Below are positions 51,756 through 64,000 of a stretch of DNA of 64,000 nt, piece by piece; position 1 is the first letter of the stretch; the number at the start of each line of letters is the position of its first letter. Where the stretch lies: the NCBI RefSeq assembly GCF_018350175.1, contig NC_058368.1, forward strand, positions 164,612,001 to 164,676,000, read 5' to 3'. The notes under the pieces were generated by a model, which ran no database searches, was not told the origin of the DNA, and saw only the letters and a program-made list of their open reading frames with translations. The position numbers and the translations under genes were made by a program. Origin of the DNA: Felis catus. Lineage: Eukaryota.

Positions 51756-54700
51756 CTATACATTAAAAAACAGGCAAATAAAAAAATCAATACAGTTAAA
51801 AGGCAGGTGAGTATAAATAGCAGTAGGTGTGCAGAAGTCTGTAATATATCTGCCAAAATTTATTTTGAAACAATCAGTATGTAGCCCAAATAAAGCTGGG
51901 TCAACTTGTGGTTAGGTTCAAACATGATTTCACATTCAAAAGAAACAAGATTCACATCTAATGAAAACATCACAGTGCAATCTGCATCATTACTAGAGTC
52001 TCTCAAAGATGTTAAAGTAGTAAATTTTTATTCACCCTCAAAATAATTTATTATAGCACCTCCTTTCTAAATGCATCCCTTCTATTCTTCCTTACAATTC
52101 ACCGCCCTCCCCCCACCATGTAATACATTATTATTCTATTCTTGGGTTTTATGTGAGATTCTTTCACCTTTGTTACATCTTAGCTTACATATTGCCAAAT
52201 ACGAAGACATTTCCTAATAACTCTCTATATAACCCAGACCCAGTCCCAGATCCCATAAAATAAAACAAAAGTTGCAATTTTCTATTTTCTATTTACTCAT
52301 GGCATTTATAATTTCTAACATATTTTTTACCTATCCATTCTGGCATATAATCTCCCTAAATACTTGTTGCAAGAATGCTGGTTAAGTAATCAGCTCTAAA
52401 ATCCTCATATTCATGTTTTTAAAAATACATTTTACTCCTGTAGTGTATGTAATACCTAAACTTCAGTACAGACTAGACTACTCATCAGGCTTTTTTTTCC
52501 ATATGTCTACTCTGATCATACTTATCTCTTAAAGTTGTAACCTCTTATAAATGGAAAAGAAGAGAGTTTCATGGGAGGAAATAATTTTACCTCCTTTGCT
52601 TTCCCAATAAGATCATCTCTCCTCTCCTCTGCTTCTTAAATTTACTAAAATGACCTTAAGTTTTTTAATCAGAAACTCCATTTCTCCACTGATGCTTACT
52701 TGAAAGGTCCCTTAGAGTTCACACTTAAGCAAGAAGAGAAGTTTAGGACTAATGCATGGCAATATATTAGAGAATTTGTTGAACTTTATGTGTTTTGTAT
52801 TCTTCAAAACATAATAATTACTTTAGGTCAGGACACTGTGCTGATAGAGTTATATCTATACTGTTAGTTATTATAAAAATTAGTTTTTAATTATAATGTA
52901 AATAATAATTTATCAGTCAAGATAGGTCTGTATGACTATTTCTGAGTATGCATTGGGTCCATTTCCTTGAAATTTAAGTATCAAACAGGTTCATGAATTA
53001 TGAAATAAGTATTAATTTAAGATAAACCTGGAATATTTTCATATTCATGTAGGATCTTACCTTCTTTATCATGAAGTAGTGAGACTTTGGAATATTAAAC
53101 ACAAAATATTTCAGTTGTATGTACTTTTAATCAGATGTAATACTTATATATGGTTCAAGAGGTATCTGACAAAACCTAAGAGCAGAATTGAAAGCCAAGT
53201 TCACAGAGAATGGAGTATTATTTCTGTATATTAGGTTCCTTTTTCTCTGTATTAGATTTTACAAATTTTCTTTCTTTTTGGATTAAGTTTCTCTCCTGTT
53301 TGGCCCACATGGATATACAGACGTTAAGCAGCCACTTCTTATTTCATGTATTAAGATGTAGCAACACTAAGAAGCTAATTAATGGTCTTGCAATTCCAAA
53401 TTTCAGAGAAGAAACTGCCTAGTTCACTTGGGTCTAACTACTAATTGTGAAGAATAGAGAACCACCAAGAAAATAAGGCTAGCAACTCAAAGGTTCATTC
53501 TGAACCACATAGGTATCCCAAATTGCCCATTTCCCTTCTGGTAACTATCATTTGTTCTCTACAGTTAAGTCTGTTTATTTGGTTTGTCTCTTTCTTCCTT
53601 TGGTCATTTGTTTGGTTTCTTAGATTATGTATATGAGTTTAATCATATGTAATTTGTCTTTCTCTGACTTATTTCACTTAGCATTATATTCTCTAGATCC
53701 ATCCCTGTTGTTGCAAATGACAAGATTTCATTCTTTTTTATGACTGAATAATATTCCATTATATGTATATGTATGTGTCTTCTTTATCCATTCACCTACC
53801 GATGGACACTTGGGCTGCTTCCATAACATGGCTATTGTAAATAATGCTGCAATAAGCATAGGGGTGTGTATATCTTTTTAAATTAGTGTTTTCATATTCT
53901 TTGGATAAATACTCAGTAATGGAATTACTGGATCATGTGGTAATTCTATTTTTAACTTTTTTAGGGACCTCCTTGCTGTTTTCCACATTGGCTATACCAG
54001 TTTGCAATCCTACCAACAAACAATGCACAGAGGTTCCTTTTCCTCCATATCCTCACCAATGCTTTTCATTTCTTGAGGTTTTTTTTTTCTTTAATTTTTT
54101 TTTTATTTTAGCCATTCTGACAGGTATGGGGTGATACTTCATACTGGTTTTGATTTGCATTTCCCTAATGATGAGTGATGTTGAGCATCTTTTTATGTGT
54201 CTGTTGGCCATCTGGATGTCTTCTTTGGAGAAATGCCTGTTCATGTATTCTGCCCATTTTTAATTGGATTATTTGGTTTTAGAAGTTAAGTTATGTAGGT
54301 TTTTAATATATTTTGGATACTAACCCTTTATTGGATACATCGTTTGCAAATATCTTCTCCTATTCAGCAGGTTGTCTTTTAGTTTTGTTGATTGTTTCAT
54401 TTGCTGTGCAGAAGCTTTTTATTTTGATGTAGTCCCATCAGTTTATTTCTGCTTTATTTCTCTTGCCTCAGGAGACATACCTAAAAAAAAATATTGCTAT
54501 GTCCAGTGTCAGAGAAATTACTGCCTGTGCGCTCTTCCAGGATTTTTATGATTTCACGTCTCACATTTAGGTCTTTAATCCATTTTGAGTTTATTATTGT
54601 ATATGGTGTCAGAAAGTGGCCCTGTTTCATTCTTTTGCATGTAGCTGTCTAGTTTACCAGCACCATTTGTTGAAGACACTGTCTTCTTCTTATTGTGTAT

Positions 54701-56276
54701 TCTTGCTCCTCTGTCAAAGGCTAATTGACCATGTAATCATGGGTTTATTTCTAGGCTCTCATTTCTGTTCTGTGTGTCTATTTTTGTGCCCATACATACT
54801 GTTTTAATTACTACAGCCTTGTAGTATATCTTGAAATCTGGAAATGTGATACCTCCTGTTTTGTTCTTTTTCAAGATTGCTTTGACTATTTATGATCTTT
54901 TATGGTTCCATACACATTTTAAGATAGTTTGTTCTACTTCTAAGAAAAATGCTGTTGGCATTTTGATAGGGATTGTATTAAATGTGTACATTGCTTTGGG
55001 TAGAATGGGAATTTTAAGAATATTTGTTCTTCCAATTCATGAGCATGGAATATCTTTTCATTGATTTGTGCCGTCTTCCATTTTTTTTTTCATTAATGTT
55101 TTTACAGTATTTAGCGTACAGGTTTTTGACCTCCTTGGTTAGGTTTATTCCTAGGGACTTTACTATTTTGGTGCATTTGTGGATGGGATTGATTCCTTAA
55201 TTTCTATTTCTGCTATTTTATTATTATTGTATGGAAATGCAATGGATATCTATATATGATTTTGTATCCTGCAACCTTACTGAGTTCTTTTATCAATTCT
55301 AGTAATTTTTTGGTGGAGTCTTTAGAGTTTTCTATATGTAGTATCTTGGCATCTGCAAATAGTGAAATTTACTTCTTTTAAATTTGGGTGCCTTTTATTT
55401 ATTTTTTTGTCTTATTGCTGATGCTGACTTTCAGTACTATTTTGAATAAAAGTGGTTAGTGTGGACATCCTTGTCTTGGTCCTGATCTTAAGGGAAAAGC
55501 TGTCATTTTTCCCCTTTGAGTATGATGTTAGCTGGATTTTTCATATATGACCTTTATTATGTTGAGGTATGTTTCCTCTAAACCAACTTAACAAAAGATT
55601 TTTACCATTTATGGGTGTTGTACTTTGTGAGATGCTTTTTCTGCATCTGTTGAAATGATCACATGGTTTTTATTCTTTCTTTTGTTGATGTGATGTAACA
55701 CGTTGATTGATTTGCCATTATTCAACCACCTTTGCCTCCCAGGAATATAGCCCACTTGATTATGGTGAATGATTTTTATACGTATTTTTTGGATTCAGTT
55801 TGCTAATATTTGTTGAGGAGTTTTGCATCTATATTAATCTGAAAGATATGGGCCTGTAGTTCTCTTTTTTTGTGGTGTCTTCATTTGGTTTTGGTATCGG
55901 GATAATGCTGGCCTCATAGAATGAATTTGAAAATTTTCCTTACTCTTCTAATTTTTGGAGTAATTTGAGAAGAATAGGTATTGTCTTTAAATGTTTGGTA
56001 TAATTCACCTGTGAAAACATCTTTTCCTGGACTTTCTTTGTTGTTGTAGGTAGTGGTGGTGACTGATTAATCTAAATACTGGTAATGAGTCTGTTCAAAT
56101 GTTCTATTTCTTCGTGATTGAGCTTTGGGAGGTTATATGTTCCTAAGAATTTATCCATTTCTTCTAGGTTGTCCAATTTGTTGGTATACAACTTTTTATA
56201 ATATTCTCTTATAATCCTTTGTATTTTTATGGTGTGATTATTATTTCTCTTTTTCATTTTTGATGTTGTTTGAGTC

Positions 56277-56295
56277 TTCTCTCTCTCTCTCTCTG

Positions 56296-56329
<34 letters not shown>

Positions 56330-56341
56330 CCTCTGTCTCCC
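56277..56341. repeat. (TC)n microsatellite within L1 ORF2
   Basis: Directly visible. Confidence 0.92.
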
Positions 56342-58130
56342 CATGAGTGTGGCTAAAAGCTTATCAGTTTTGTCGATCTTCTCAAAGAATCAGCTCCTGG
56401 TTTCACTGATCTGTTCTAATATTGTTTTGTTTTGTTTTGTTTTAGTGTCTGTAATCTTTATGTCTGCTCTAATCTTTTTTATTTCCTTCCTTCTACTGAT
56501 TTCAAGTTTTGTTTGTTCTTCTTTTTCTAACTCCTTTAGATTAGGTTAGGTTGTTTATTTGAGATTTTTCTTGTTTCTTGAGGTAGACATGTATTGCTAT
56601 AATGTATTCCTTCTTAGAACAGCTTTCACTGGATCCCAAAGATTTTGCACAATTGGGTTTTCATTTTCATTTATCTCCATGTATTTTTTGATTTCCTCTT
56701 TGATTCTTGGTTGGCTCATTTATTGTTTAGTAGCATATTATTTAACATCTATATATTTGTGCTTTCTAGAATTTTTCTGTGGTTGCCTGTGGATTCATAA
56801 CATTGTGGTCAAAAAGATGCATGGAATAAGTTTGGTCTTTTTGAATTTGCTGAGGCTTGTTTTATGGCCTAATATGCAATCTGTTCTGGAGAATGTACCA
56901 TGTGCACTTGAAAACAGTGTATTCTGTTGTTTTAGTACGGAATGTTCTGAATATATCTTAGATCTATCTGGTCCAGTGTACTATTCAAAGCCACTTTTTC
57001 CTAGTTGATTTTCTGTTTGGATGATATGTCCATTGATGTAAGTGGAGTGCTAAAGTCCCCTACTGTTACTGTATTACTATCAATTACTTCTTTTATGTTT
57101 GTTATTAGCTTCTTTGTGTATTCATATCCCTCCATGTTGGCTGTATAAATAGTTGGAATTGTTATATCTTCTTGTTGAATTGTCCTCTTACTGATTATAT
57201 ATTGTACTTCTTTGTCTCTTGTTAAGGTCTTTGTTTTAAAGTATATTTTGTCCAATATATAAAAATATATTTATCTATATTGCTATTCCAGCCTTTTTTT
57301 CCCTTTCACTTGCATGGTAAATGCTTTTGCATCCTTTCAGTTTCAATCTGCAGGTCTGAAATGAGTCTCTTGTAGGCAGCATATAATTGGGTCTTGCTTT
57401 TTGATCCATTTTGATTGGAGCATTTAGTTCATTTACATTCAAAATAATTATTGATAGGCATATACTTATAACCATTATGTTACTTGTTTTATGGTTGTCT
57501 TTGCAGTTGTTTTCTATTCCTTTGTTGTTCTCTTCTCTCACAGTTTGCTGACTTTCTTTAGTGATATACTTGGATTCCTTTGTCTTTATTATTTGCATAA
57601 CTATTACTGGTTTTTAATTAGTGGTTCCCAGTAGGTTTGTATATAACATGTTATGACTATAGCAGTCTATATTAAGTTTATGGTCATTTAAGTTTGAACA
57701 CATTCTTTACTCCTGTATGTCCCACATTTTAGGTATATGGTGTCATACTTTACATCCTTTTGTTCTGTGAATCCCTTGACTGACTTTTATAGATACACTT
57801 TATTTTACTGCTTTTGTGCTTCCTACTTTTCTTACTCCTGCTTATGGTCTCTCAATTCCACTCAAAGAGTCCCCTTTAAAATTTCTTGTAGAGATGGTTT
57901 GGTGGTCATGAATTCCTCTTTTATTCATCTGGTAAACTCTTTTATTTCTTCTATTCTGAATGATACCCTTGCTGGACATTCTTGGATGCAAGTTTTTTTT
58001 TTTTCTTTCAGCATTTTGAATATATCATGTTACTTCTTTTTGTCCTGCTAAGTTTCTGCTGAAAAATCAGCTGATAGATTTGTGGAGTTTCCCTTGTGTA
58101 TAACTATTTTCCTTTCTCTTGCTGCTTTTA

Positions 58131-58357
58131 TTTTTGTTTTTTAAATTTTGTTAATGTTTATTTTTGAAAGTGAGATAGAGACAGAGAAAGATTGTGAGCA
58201 TGGGAGGGACAAAGAGAGGAAGACACAGAATCAGAATCAGGCTCCAGGCTCTGAGCTGTCAGCATAGAGCCCAAAGTGGGGCTCAAGCTCACAAACCATG
58301 AGATCATGACCTGAGCCAAAGTTGGATACTTAACCGACTGAGCCACCCAGGCACTCC
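58131..58357 (-). mobile_element. SINEC_Fc-like CAN-SINE inserted into L1 ORF1
   Basis: Perfect 17-bp TSD ttctcttgctgctttta at 58114-58130 and 58359-58375. Confidence 0.96.
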
Positions 58358-59691
58358 ATTCTCTTGCTGCTTTTAAAATTCTCTCTTTATCACTATTTTT
58401 TGCCATTTTAATTGCCATGTGTCTTTATGTGGACCTCCTTGGGTTGGTTTTGGGGGGAGCTATCTGTGCCTACTGGATCTAGATTTCTGTCTCCTTTCCC
58501 AGATTCAGGAAGTTTTCAGCTATTATTTCTTCAGATACATTTTTTGTTCCTTTTCCTCTCTCTTCTTTTTATGAGATCCCTATAATATTGATGTTACTGT
58601 GCTTGATGGTGTCACTGAGTTCTATAAGTCTATTTTTGCTTTTTATTATTTTTTTTGCTCTCTTATTCAGCTTGATTGCTTTCATTACTCTATCCTCCAG
58701 GTTGCTAATTAGTTATTCTGTATTCTCTAGTCTACTATTTATCCCAATCTAAGCTATTTTAATTTTACTTATTGAGTTCTTCATCTCTGGTTGGATCTTT
58801 TTTAAAATATATTTTCTATGTCTTTATTAAGAGTCTCATTGAGGCCTTTCACTGTTGTCTCAAGTCCAGTGAGTATCTTTATGACCATTACTGTAAATTC
58901 TCTGAGTCATATTACTTATTTCTGTTTAATTTAGCTCCCTTGTTGTGATTTTGTCCTGTTCTTTCATTTGGGACATATTCCTCTGTCTCCTCATTTTGTC
59001 TAACTCTGTGGCTGTTTCTATGTAATAGGGAATTCAGCTACGTCTCCTGCTTTTGAATGTAATGACATTATGAAGAAGAGGTCCTGTAGTGCCCTGCATT
59101 GCAATGTCTTCTGTTCACTAGAACCTGGCACTTCAGGTACATCTCCCATGTGTGTTATGTGCACTCTACAGTTGTGGCTGAGCCGCTTTTGCATTTAGTA
59201 CACTCATGTGCAATGACTCTGCTTATCTTTTGTGGGCAGGTATGTTCCCTGTTTTGTTAGTGGGCCAGTCCGGGCCACATTGGGCTTGAGTTGAGTCAGA
59301 CAAGGCATTTTCCAGAGATGCAGTAGTACTGAACAGCAGGACACTTTCCTTCCCTGTATTGTCCTGTGAGAAGCTTTCATTGATGGATGGTGTCTGTAGT
59401 CAGACCTGATTTCTGTTTTCAGCCCACAGTTGAAGCTACAGTTGGACTGGTATGTGTCATTATCTTCCCATCTCCCCAGGGCAGGAATCACTTGGAGTGA
59501 TACTGTCCCTTATCAGGGCTGTTTGCACACTGCCAGGTTTGTGGCACCACTTTGGATGGGCCTCAGCCAGCAGCATATTGGAGGGGGTGGATACACAGAA
59601 TTGTGAGAGTCAGGGCTCACTATTCCAAACTAGACTCTTGACGTTTAAGACATAGTGATATCAATGTCTTCATTGCATTATATTTAAAGTA

Positions 59692-60284
59692 TAGTTGACC
59701 CATGAACAACAACAGATTTGAACTACATGGGTTCACTTATATGTGGATGTTTTCAATGTATACCATGCAGTATTGTAAATGTTTTTTCTCTCCCTTATAA
59801 TATTTTTAATGAAATTCAATTTTCTCCACCTTACTTTATTATAAGAATACACTGTATTTTACTAATACAAAATATGTATTAATCAACTGTGTTATTAGTA
59901 AGGCTTCTGATCAAGAGTAGGCTATTACTGGGGTGCCTAGGTGGTTCAGTCAGTTGGGCAATCTGACTCTTGATCTCAGCTCGGGTCATAATCTTGCAAT
60001 TCGTGAGTTCAAGCCCCACATTGGACTGTGCGCTGGTGGTGCAGCTTGCTTGGGATTCTGTCCCTCTTTCTCTCTGCCCCTCCCCCATGCATGCTCGCAA
60101 GCTCTCTCTCTCTCTCTCTTTCTCTCTGTCTCTCTCTCTCACCCTCCCTCCCTCAAAATAAATAAATAAACATTAAAAAAAAGAGTAGGCTATTACTAAG
60201 TTAGGCTATTACAAAAGTTATATGTGGAGTTTTGACTGCCTGGGGTTTGGCACCCCAACCTATGCATCATTCAAGGGTCAACTG
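59692..60284. mobile_element. Tigger2a/MER28-like non-autonomous DNA transposon with both TIRs and TA TSDs
   Basis: ta|tagttgacccatgaa ... ttcaagggtcaactg|ta. Confidence 0.88.
59930..60180 (+). mobile_element. CAN-SINE nested in the Tigger element
   Basis: Perfect 17-bp TSD aagagtaggctattact at 59913-59929 and 60181-60197. Confidence 0.96.
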
Positions 60285-60457
60285 TAATGTCTTGAAAGAA
60301 ATTTCATTATTTTCTTTATTTCTCCAAAAAATGAAGAAACCTGTGTTTAGATGACAGCATTGATAATAAGGTGAAATTCAGGAGAAATAATGAAGATCAA
60401 ATATGGCAGAATAATCTCTTCACCATTCTATTTTTTTTTTTTTTTGGCCCTCTCTAG

Positions 60458-60556
60458 GGACAAGAAAGTAAAAAGACAGCAGTAGAATCCGCAAGCCTTA
60501 ATGCCAAGTCATGATACCAACTCATAAAGGTTGCCTTCTCTACCTTCTACTCCAGG
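60458..60556 (+). other. Candidate 99-nt non-coding or terminal exon
   Basis: T-run plus ggccctctctag acceptor and AGG|gtatgt donor; stops in all three frames. Confidence 0.25.
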
Positions 60557-61095
60557 GTATGTTTTTTTCAATAATGCCACTAGTCAGTTAATGGTGAACT
60601 AACATGGTTTCATAAAACGTAATAGTGGAGAAAATGGTAGGCTTGTGCAGTGGCCCAGATGTATGTGACCTTTCTGAAAGAATACATTTCTGTTATCCAG
60701 AATTCAGATCTTTTTCATGATGGTCTCAGTTCCTGTTCTTTGTTCAGCTTGTCTCAAAAACCACTCCAGTTAAGTCTTCTATGTAGTGCAACCAACAAGA
60801 AAAGGAGAACCATGACAATGGCAATGACCAAGATTGGCTTTTCTGGCAATTGTTATTGATTGAGTATAAGACAGACTTAACTTGACTGTATAAAATAAAC
60901 ATTACTACTTTAGTGAATAAGTTTAGTAAATAAGTTGGACTCAGTTGGATGCAAACCAGGCTTGTTCTGTTTGTGTTCTAGGTGGTCTGGTTAGTAGCTA
61001 AGGGAACTACTGGGGTTTTTCCACTCATTCTCAGGTATTACAAACCACCAAAGACTGCAGTCCCTCTTTTTCGAAGTATTGTGGACACAGGCAGC

Positions 61096-61247
61096 AGTAT
61101 ACTGGAGTCAGCTCATACTGGCTCCGGAGCAGTTTGTTAAATATTTAGGAATTTTGTGAGTAAGTTGTTAAACTGTTAGTCTCCTGAACTGATGTTGTTA
61201 AGTATCTTTATATCAATTATATCACCAAACACTACAAATCAGGGCCT

Positions 61248-61282
<35 letters not shown>

Positions 61283-61305
61283 TTCCAGAGAGCTGGTTTA
61301 CAGTA
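61096..61305. mobile_element. MER63-like hAT-Blackjack element containing (TGAT)n
   Basis: 'cagtatactggagtcagctcatactggctc...tgttaaatatttaggaattttgtgag...gagagctggttta'; (TGAT)n at ~61249-61281. Confidence 0.7.
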
Positions 61306-62599
61306 AGTACAAAACTACATGTAATGATTTCAAAACCTAACTTGAGGCGGCTTGACTAAGTTTAAGAAAAGAAAGTAACTCACTTCTTTCTTCCTCCCTG
61401 AGGGAGGTGCACAGTACATTGCTCTCTTTCCTTAGAGAAGCATATTATCTTCAGTCTCCATGTTTTCCAATGGTTTATATCTACCTGCCTGCCTGCCTGC
61501 CTTTCTTCCTTAACCTCCTCCCTTCCTTTATTCCTCCCTTCCTTCCTTTCTTTTTGTTTCTTTTTTTTTTTTCATTTTATTTTTAAAGTTAATTTGGGTA
61601 TTTTTAGTGGTGTTTGGTGGACTGATGCTACCAAGATAAAATATTTACTCATTTGAAGGTCTTTAGGGTTAATCTATAGAATTTAGGATAATTTCATAAA
61701 TTATTTCTCTGCTCTTAAGACAATAGAAAATATCACATTTAACATCATTACACATAAAAATCATTGAGACTACTTGCATTCTGCATATACATATACATTT
61801 TGCATATACCATGTACTTGAAACACAGCAGATCTAGGCTATAAGAAATTCCCAAGTTACCAAATTATTATGGGCATCCCAATACTTCCTAGATAGCTTAA
61901 TAAAATATCTTAACTGTCTTGATCTTCTACTCTCTGCCACAAGGATTTTAAAACTTTACCACTTCCCTCAAAATTTTCATTATGTTATTATACCATACAT
62001 CAGAGAAAACAGATGCTATAAGGCAGCAGTTTATTTTCCCATCCATGTTCTGACCCCCAACCCATACCCTGTTAGGAGAGAGAAAGTATATGTCTCCTTA
62101 CCTGAAGCTAGTTCTCTATATTCTGAGAGATCCCTCTGTTGCAATCTTCACATTCTTGCAGATTTTACAGATGAGCTTCTTCTTATTTTTTCCCTTATTA
62201 GAATTCCTTTTAGTCTTTGTTCTGTAACCATACTGGCCTGCTCATAATGCCATAGGTCATGAGTAGTGCCTTTTTTCAGATACAATTTTTTTCAGAATCT
62301 GAAATGAACATATATTTTACAATAAGGGAGTATCATAATTGAGTCATATTTTACCCTTCTTAATGTTTCATTAAAAAGCAGGACATCTTTAAGTCTAAGA
62401 TACAATCATATTGATTAAAATGTTATTTCTGGAAAAAGCCTTTGCTCATATTTACTTTCTCCTCATTATCATTTCTTACCTAGTTCTTATTTATCCTTTT
62501 GATTTAGCTTAACTATATTTCTACCAAGTATCTCGAATCCCTATATAATAAATTTGAGTTAAGTTAAATTAAACTAATTAAATTTAAAATGTGAAGTAG

Positions 62600-62825
62600 A
62601 TTGTAACATATAAATAAATGCATGGTGTGATGGAAAGAACTCTGAAGCACAAAGCAGAAGAACTGGATTTAGGCTGGACTATAAGATTTGTCATTTGTGT
62701 AAATTTCAATGAATCCCATAACCTAGGAGAAGTTGGCTAGTGCAACCTTATTTTTTAAAGAGTAGGAGAAAGGAGGTGACTTACCAAGGATACACAGCTA
62801 CTTTGTGATAGAGAACAGAAACTTA
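62600..62825. mobile_element. MIR fragments
   Basis: 'gcatggtgtgatggaaagaactctg' (+) and 'gtgacttaccaaggatacacagcta' (-). Confidence 0.5.
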
Positions 62826-62828
62826 GAT

Positions 62829-63090
62829 CAGAGACTGGCGCTTTTTTTTCTTTTCTTTTTTTTCTTTTCTGTGAGGTACCAGACAGTGAATATTTTAGGC
62901 TTTGTAGGTCAGATAGTCTCTGTTGCATTTACTCAATAGATGAAAACAATCTATAGAATTAATGCAGTGAAGCATAATGTGTAATAGGTAAATAAATGAA
63001 TGAACCTGACTCTATTCCAACAACACCTTCTTTACAAAAAATTAGTGGAACATTGAATTTGGACCTTAGAATGTAGTTTGTCAACCTCTG
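62829..63090 (+). mobile_element. MER58A-like hAT-Charlie element
   Basis: 'ccagacagtgaatattttaggctttgtaggtcagatagtctctgttgca...gtagtttgtcaacctctg'. Confidence 0.8.
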
Positions 63091-63415
63091 TTATACAGAA
63101 TAAGACAGAGAGCCAGTATTATCTCTGTTGTACAGACTATAGCATGTTTTGTGGATGAAAGTAAAGAAGACTGGGGGTGTAGTAGCTAAAAGGCAAGAAG
63201 GGAGGAAAGTAAGACAAGAAAACATGGCACATGTGGTTCTATGTTGGCTTCTTAGGTTGTTATCTTAAAATACATACAAATTAAGTGGATTTTCAACATA
63301 AATTTCTGGAGAGTTTTCTTTTTCAGATCAAAGTTTTATACATAAATTCACACTCTAAGTCAGTAATAAAAAAGGCTTAGTCATTTGTAATTTAATACCT
63401 TGCATACTAAAACTA

Positions 63416-63649
63416 TTTTTTTAATGTGTATTTATTTTTGAGAGAGAGACAGAGAGACATAGTGCAGGTGGGGGAGAGAGAGGCACTCTCTCTCATAGGC
63501 AGAGAGAGGGGGAGACACAGAATCTGAAGGAGGCTCTAGGCTCTGAGCTGTCAGCACAGACTCCAATGCGGAGCTTGAACTCACGAACCGTGAGAACATG
63601 ATTTGAGACAAAGTCAGATGCTTAACCAACTGAGCCACCCAGGTGCCCC
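63416..63649 (-). mobile_element. SINEC_Fc-like CAN-SINE
   Basis: Full length; short TSD taaaact on both flanks. Confidence 0.95.
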
Positions 63650-64000
63650 TAAAACTTTCTGAAATCCTGTGATTTTAAAAGAAAACAAATGTTGTTCCAA
63701 ACCATTTAAAAAGCAGAAATCCAGGCCAAAGAAAGAAAAGGGTGGGGGGGGGAAATAAGTGCTTCAAAGATAGGTAGATTTATTTCATAAATAAGATAAA
63801 TTCTTAATTCCACAGGCTAGAAACAACTAAGGAAAAAAGAAAAAAAAAGATATCCTTTTTTTTTTCTTCTTTAACTTCATATGGAAAAACTAAGATAAAT
63901 TCTTAATTCCAGAGGCCATCAACTTCTTCCAGTGTGTTCCTCTTCCTTCTTTCTTCAGGTCAGTTGTTGATACTTGAAAGGGATATATAGGATTAAGTTA

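Larger units (their letters stand above)
53525..59630 (-). mobile_element. Near-full-length decayed carnivore LINE-1 (5'UTR, ORF1, ORF2, partial 3'UTR)
   Basis: ORF1 piece DKERILKAARE (~58360-58420); endonuclease N-terminus LSIIILNVNELNAPIK and VGDFSTPLTSMD (57001-57598); [27 protein letters not shown] (56072-56344); C-terminal [15 protein letters not shown] (54053-54244); many stops and frameshifts; GC-richer putative 5'UTR ~59050-59630. Confidence 0.95.

Noticed and set aside
53525..59630. Retrotransposition-competent L1 or active L1 promoter
   Set aside because: Both ORFs are fragmented, a SINE sits in ORF1 and the 5'UTR is CpG-depleted

Overview
AT-rich, CpG-poor mammalian genomic DNA, almost certainly from a felid carnivore: it carries about 19 tRNA-derived CAN-SINEs (mostly SINEC_Fc-like) and cat-type L1 3' tips. 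The window is intergenic or deep-intronic. It is dominated by retrotransposons (a decayed ~6 kb near-full-length L1, several truncated L1s, L2, MIR, MaLR/ERVL LTRs), DNA-transposon fossils (Tigger1, Tigger2a-like, MER53, MER58, MER63, MER5-like) and microsatellites. I recognise no intact protein-coding gene, RNA gene or CRISPR array. The ORFs I can explain derive from repeats; the rest look like chance frames. I found no evidence of a novel biological system. The best leads are (i) several isolated small candidate exons with good splice signals in repeat-free sequence, suggesting an unidentified long-intron host gene or lncRNA; (ii) repeat-free enhancer-like blocks; and (iii) clear local mutational events: nested insertions with target-site duplications (TSDs), a microsatellite born inside L1 ORF2, template-switch hairpins and a hairpin flanked by direct repeats. 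Repeat family names come from recalled consensus similarity, not a database search, and old-repeat boundaries are approximate.
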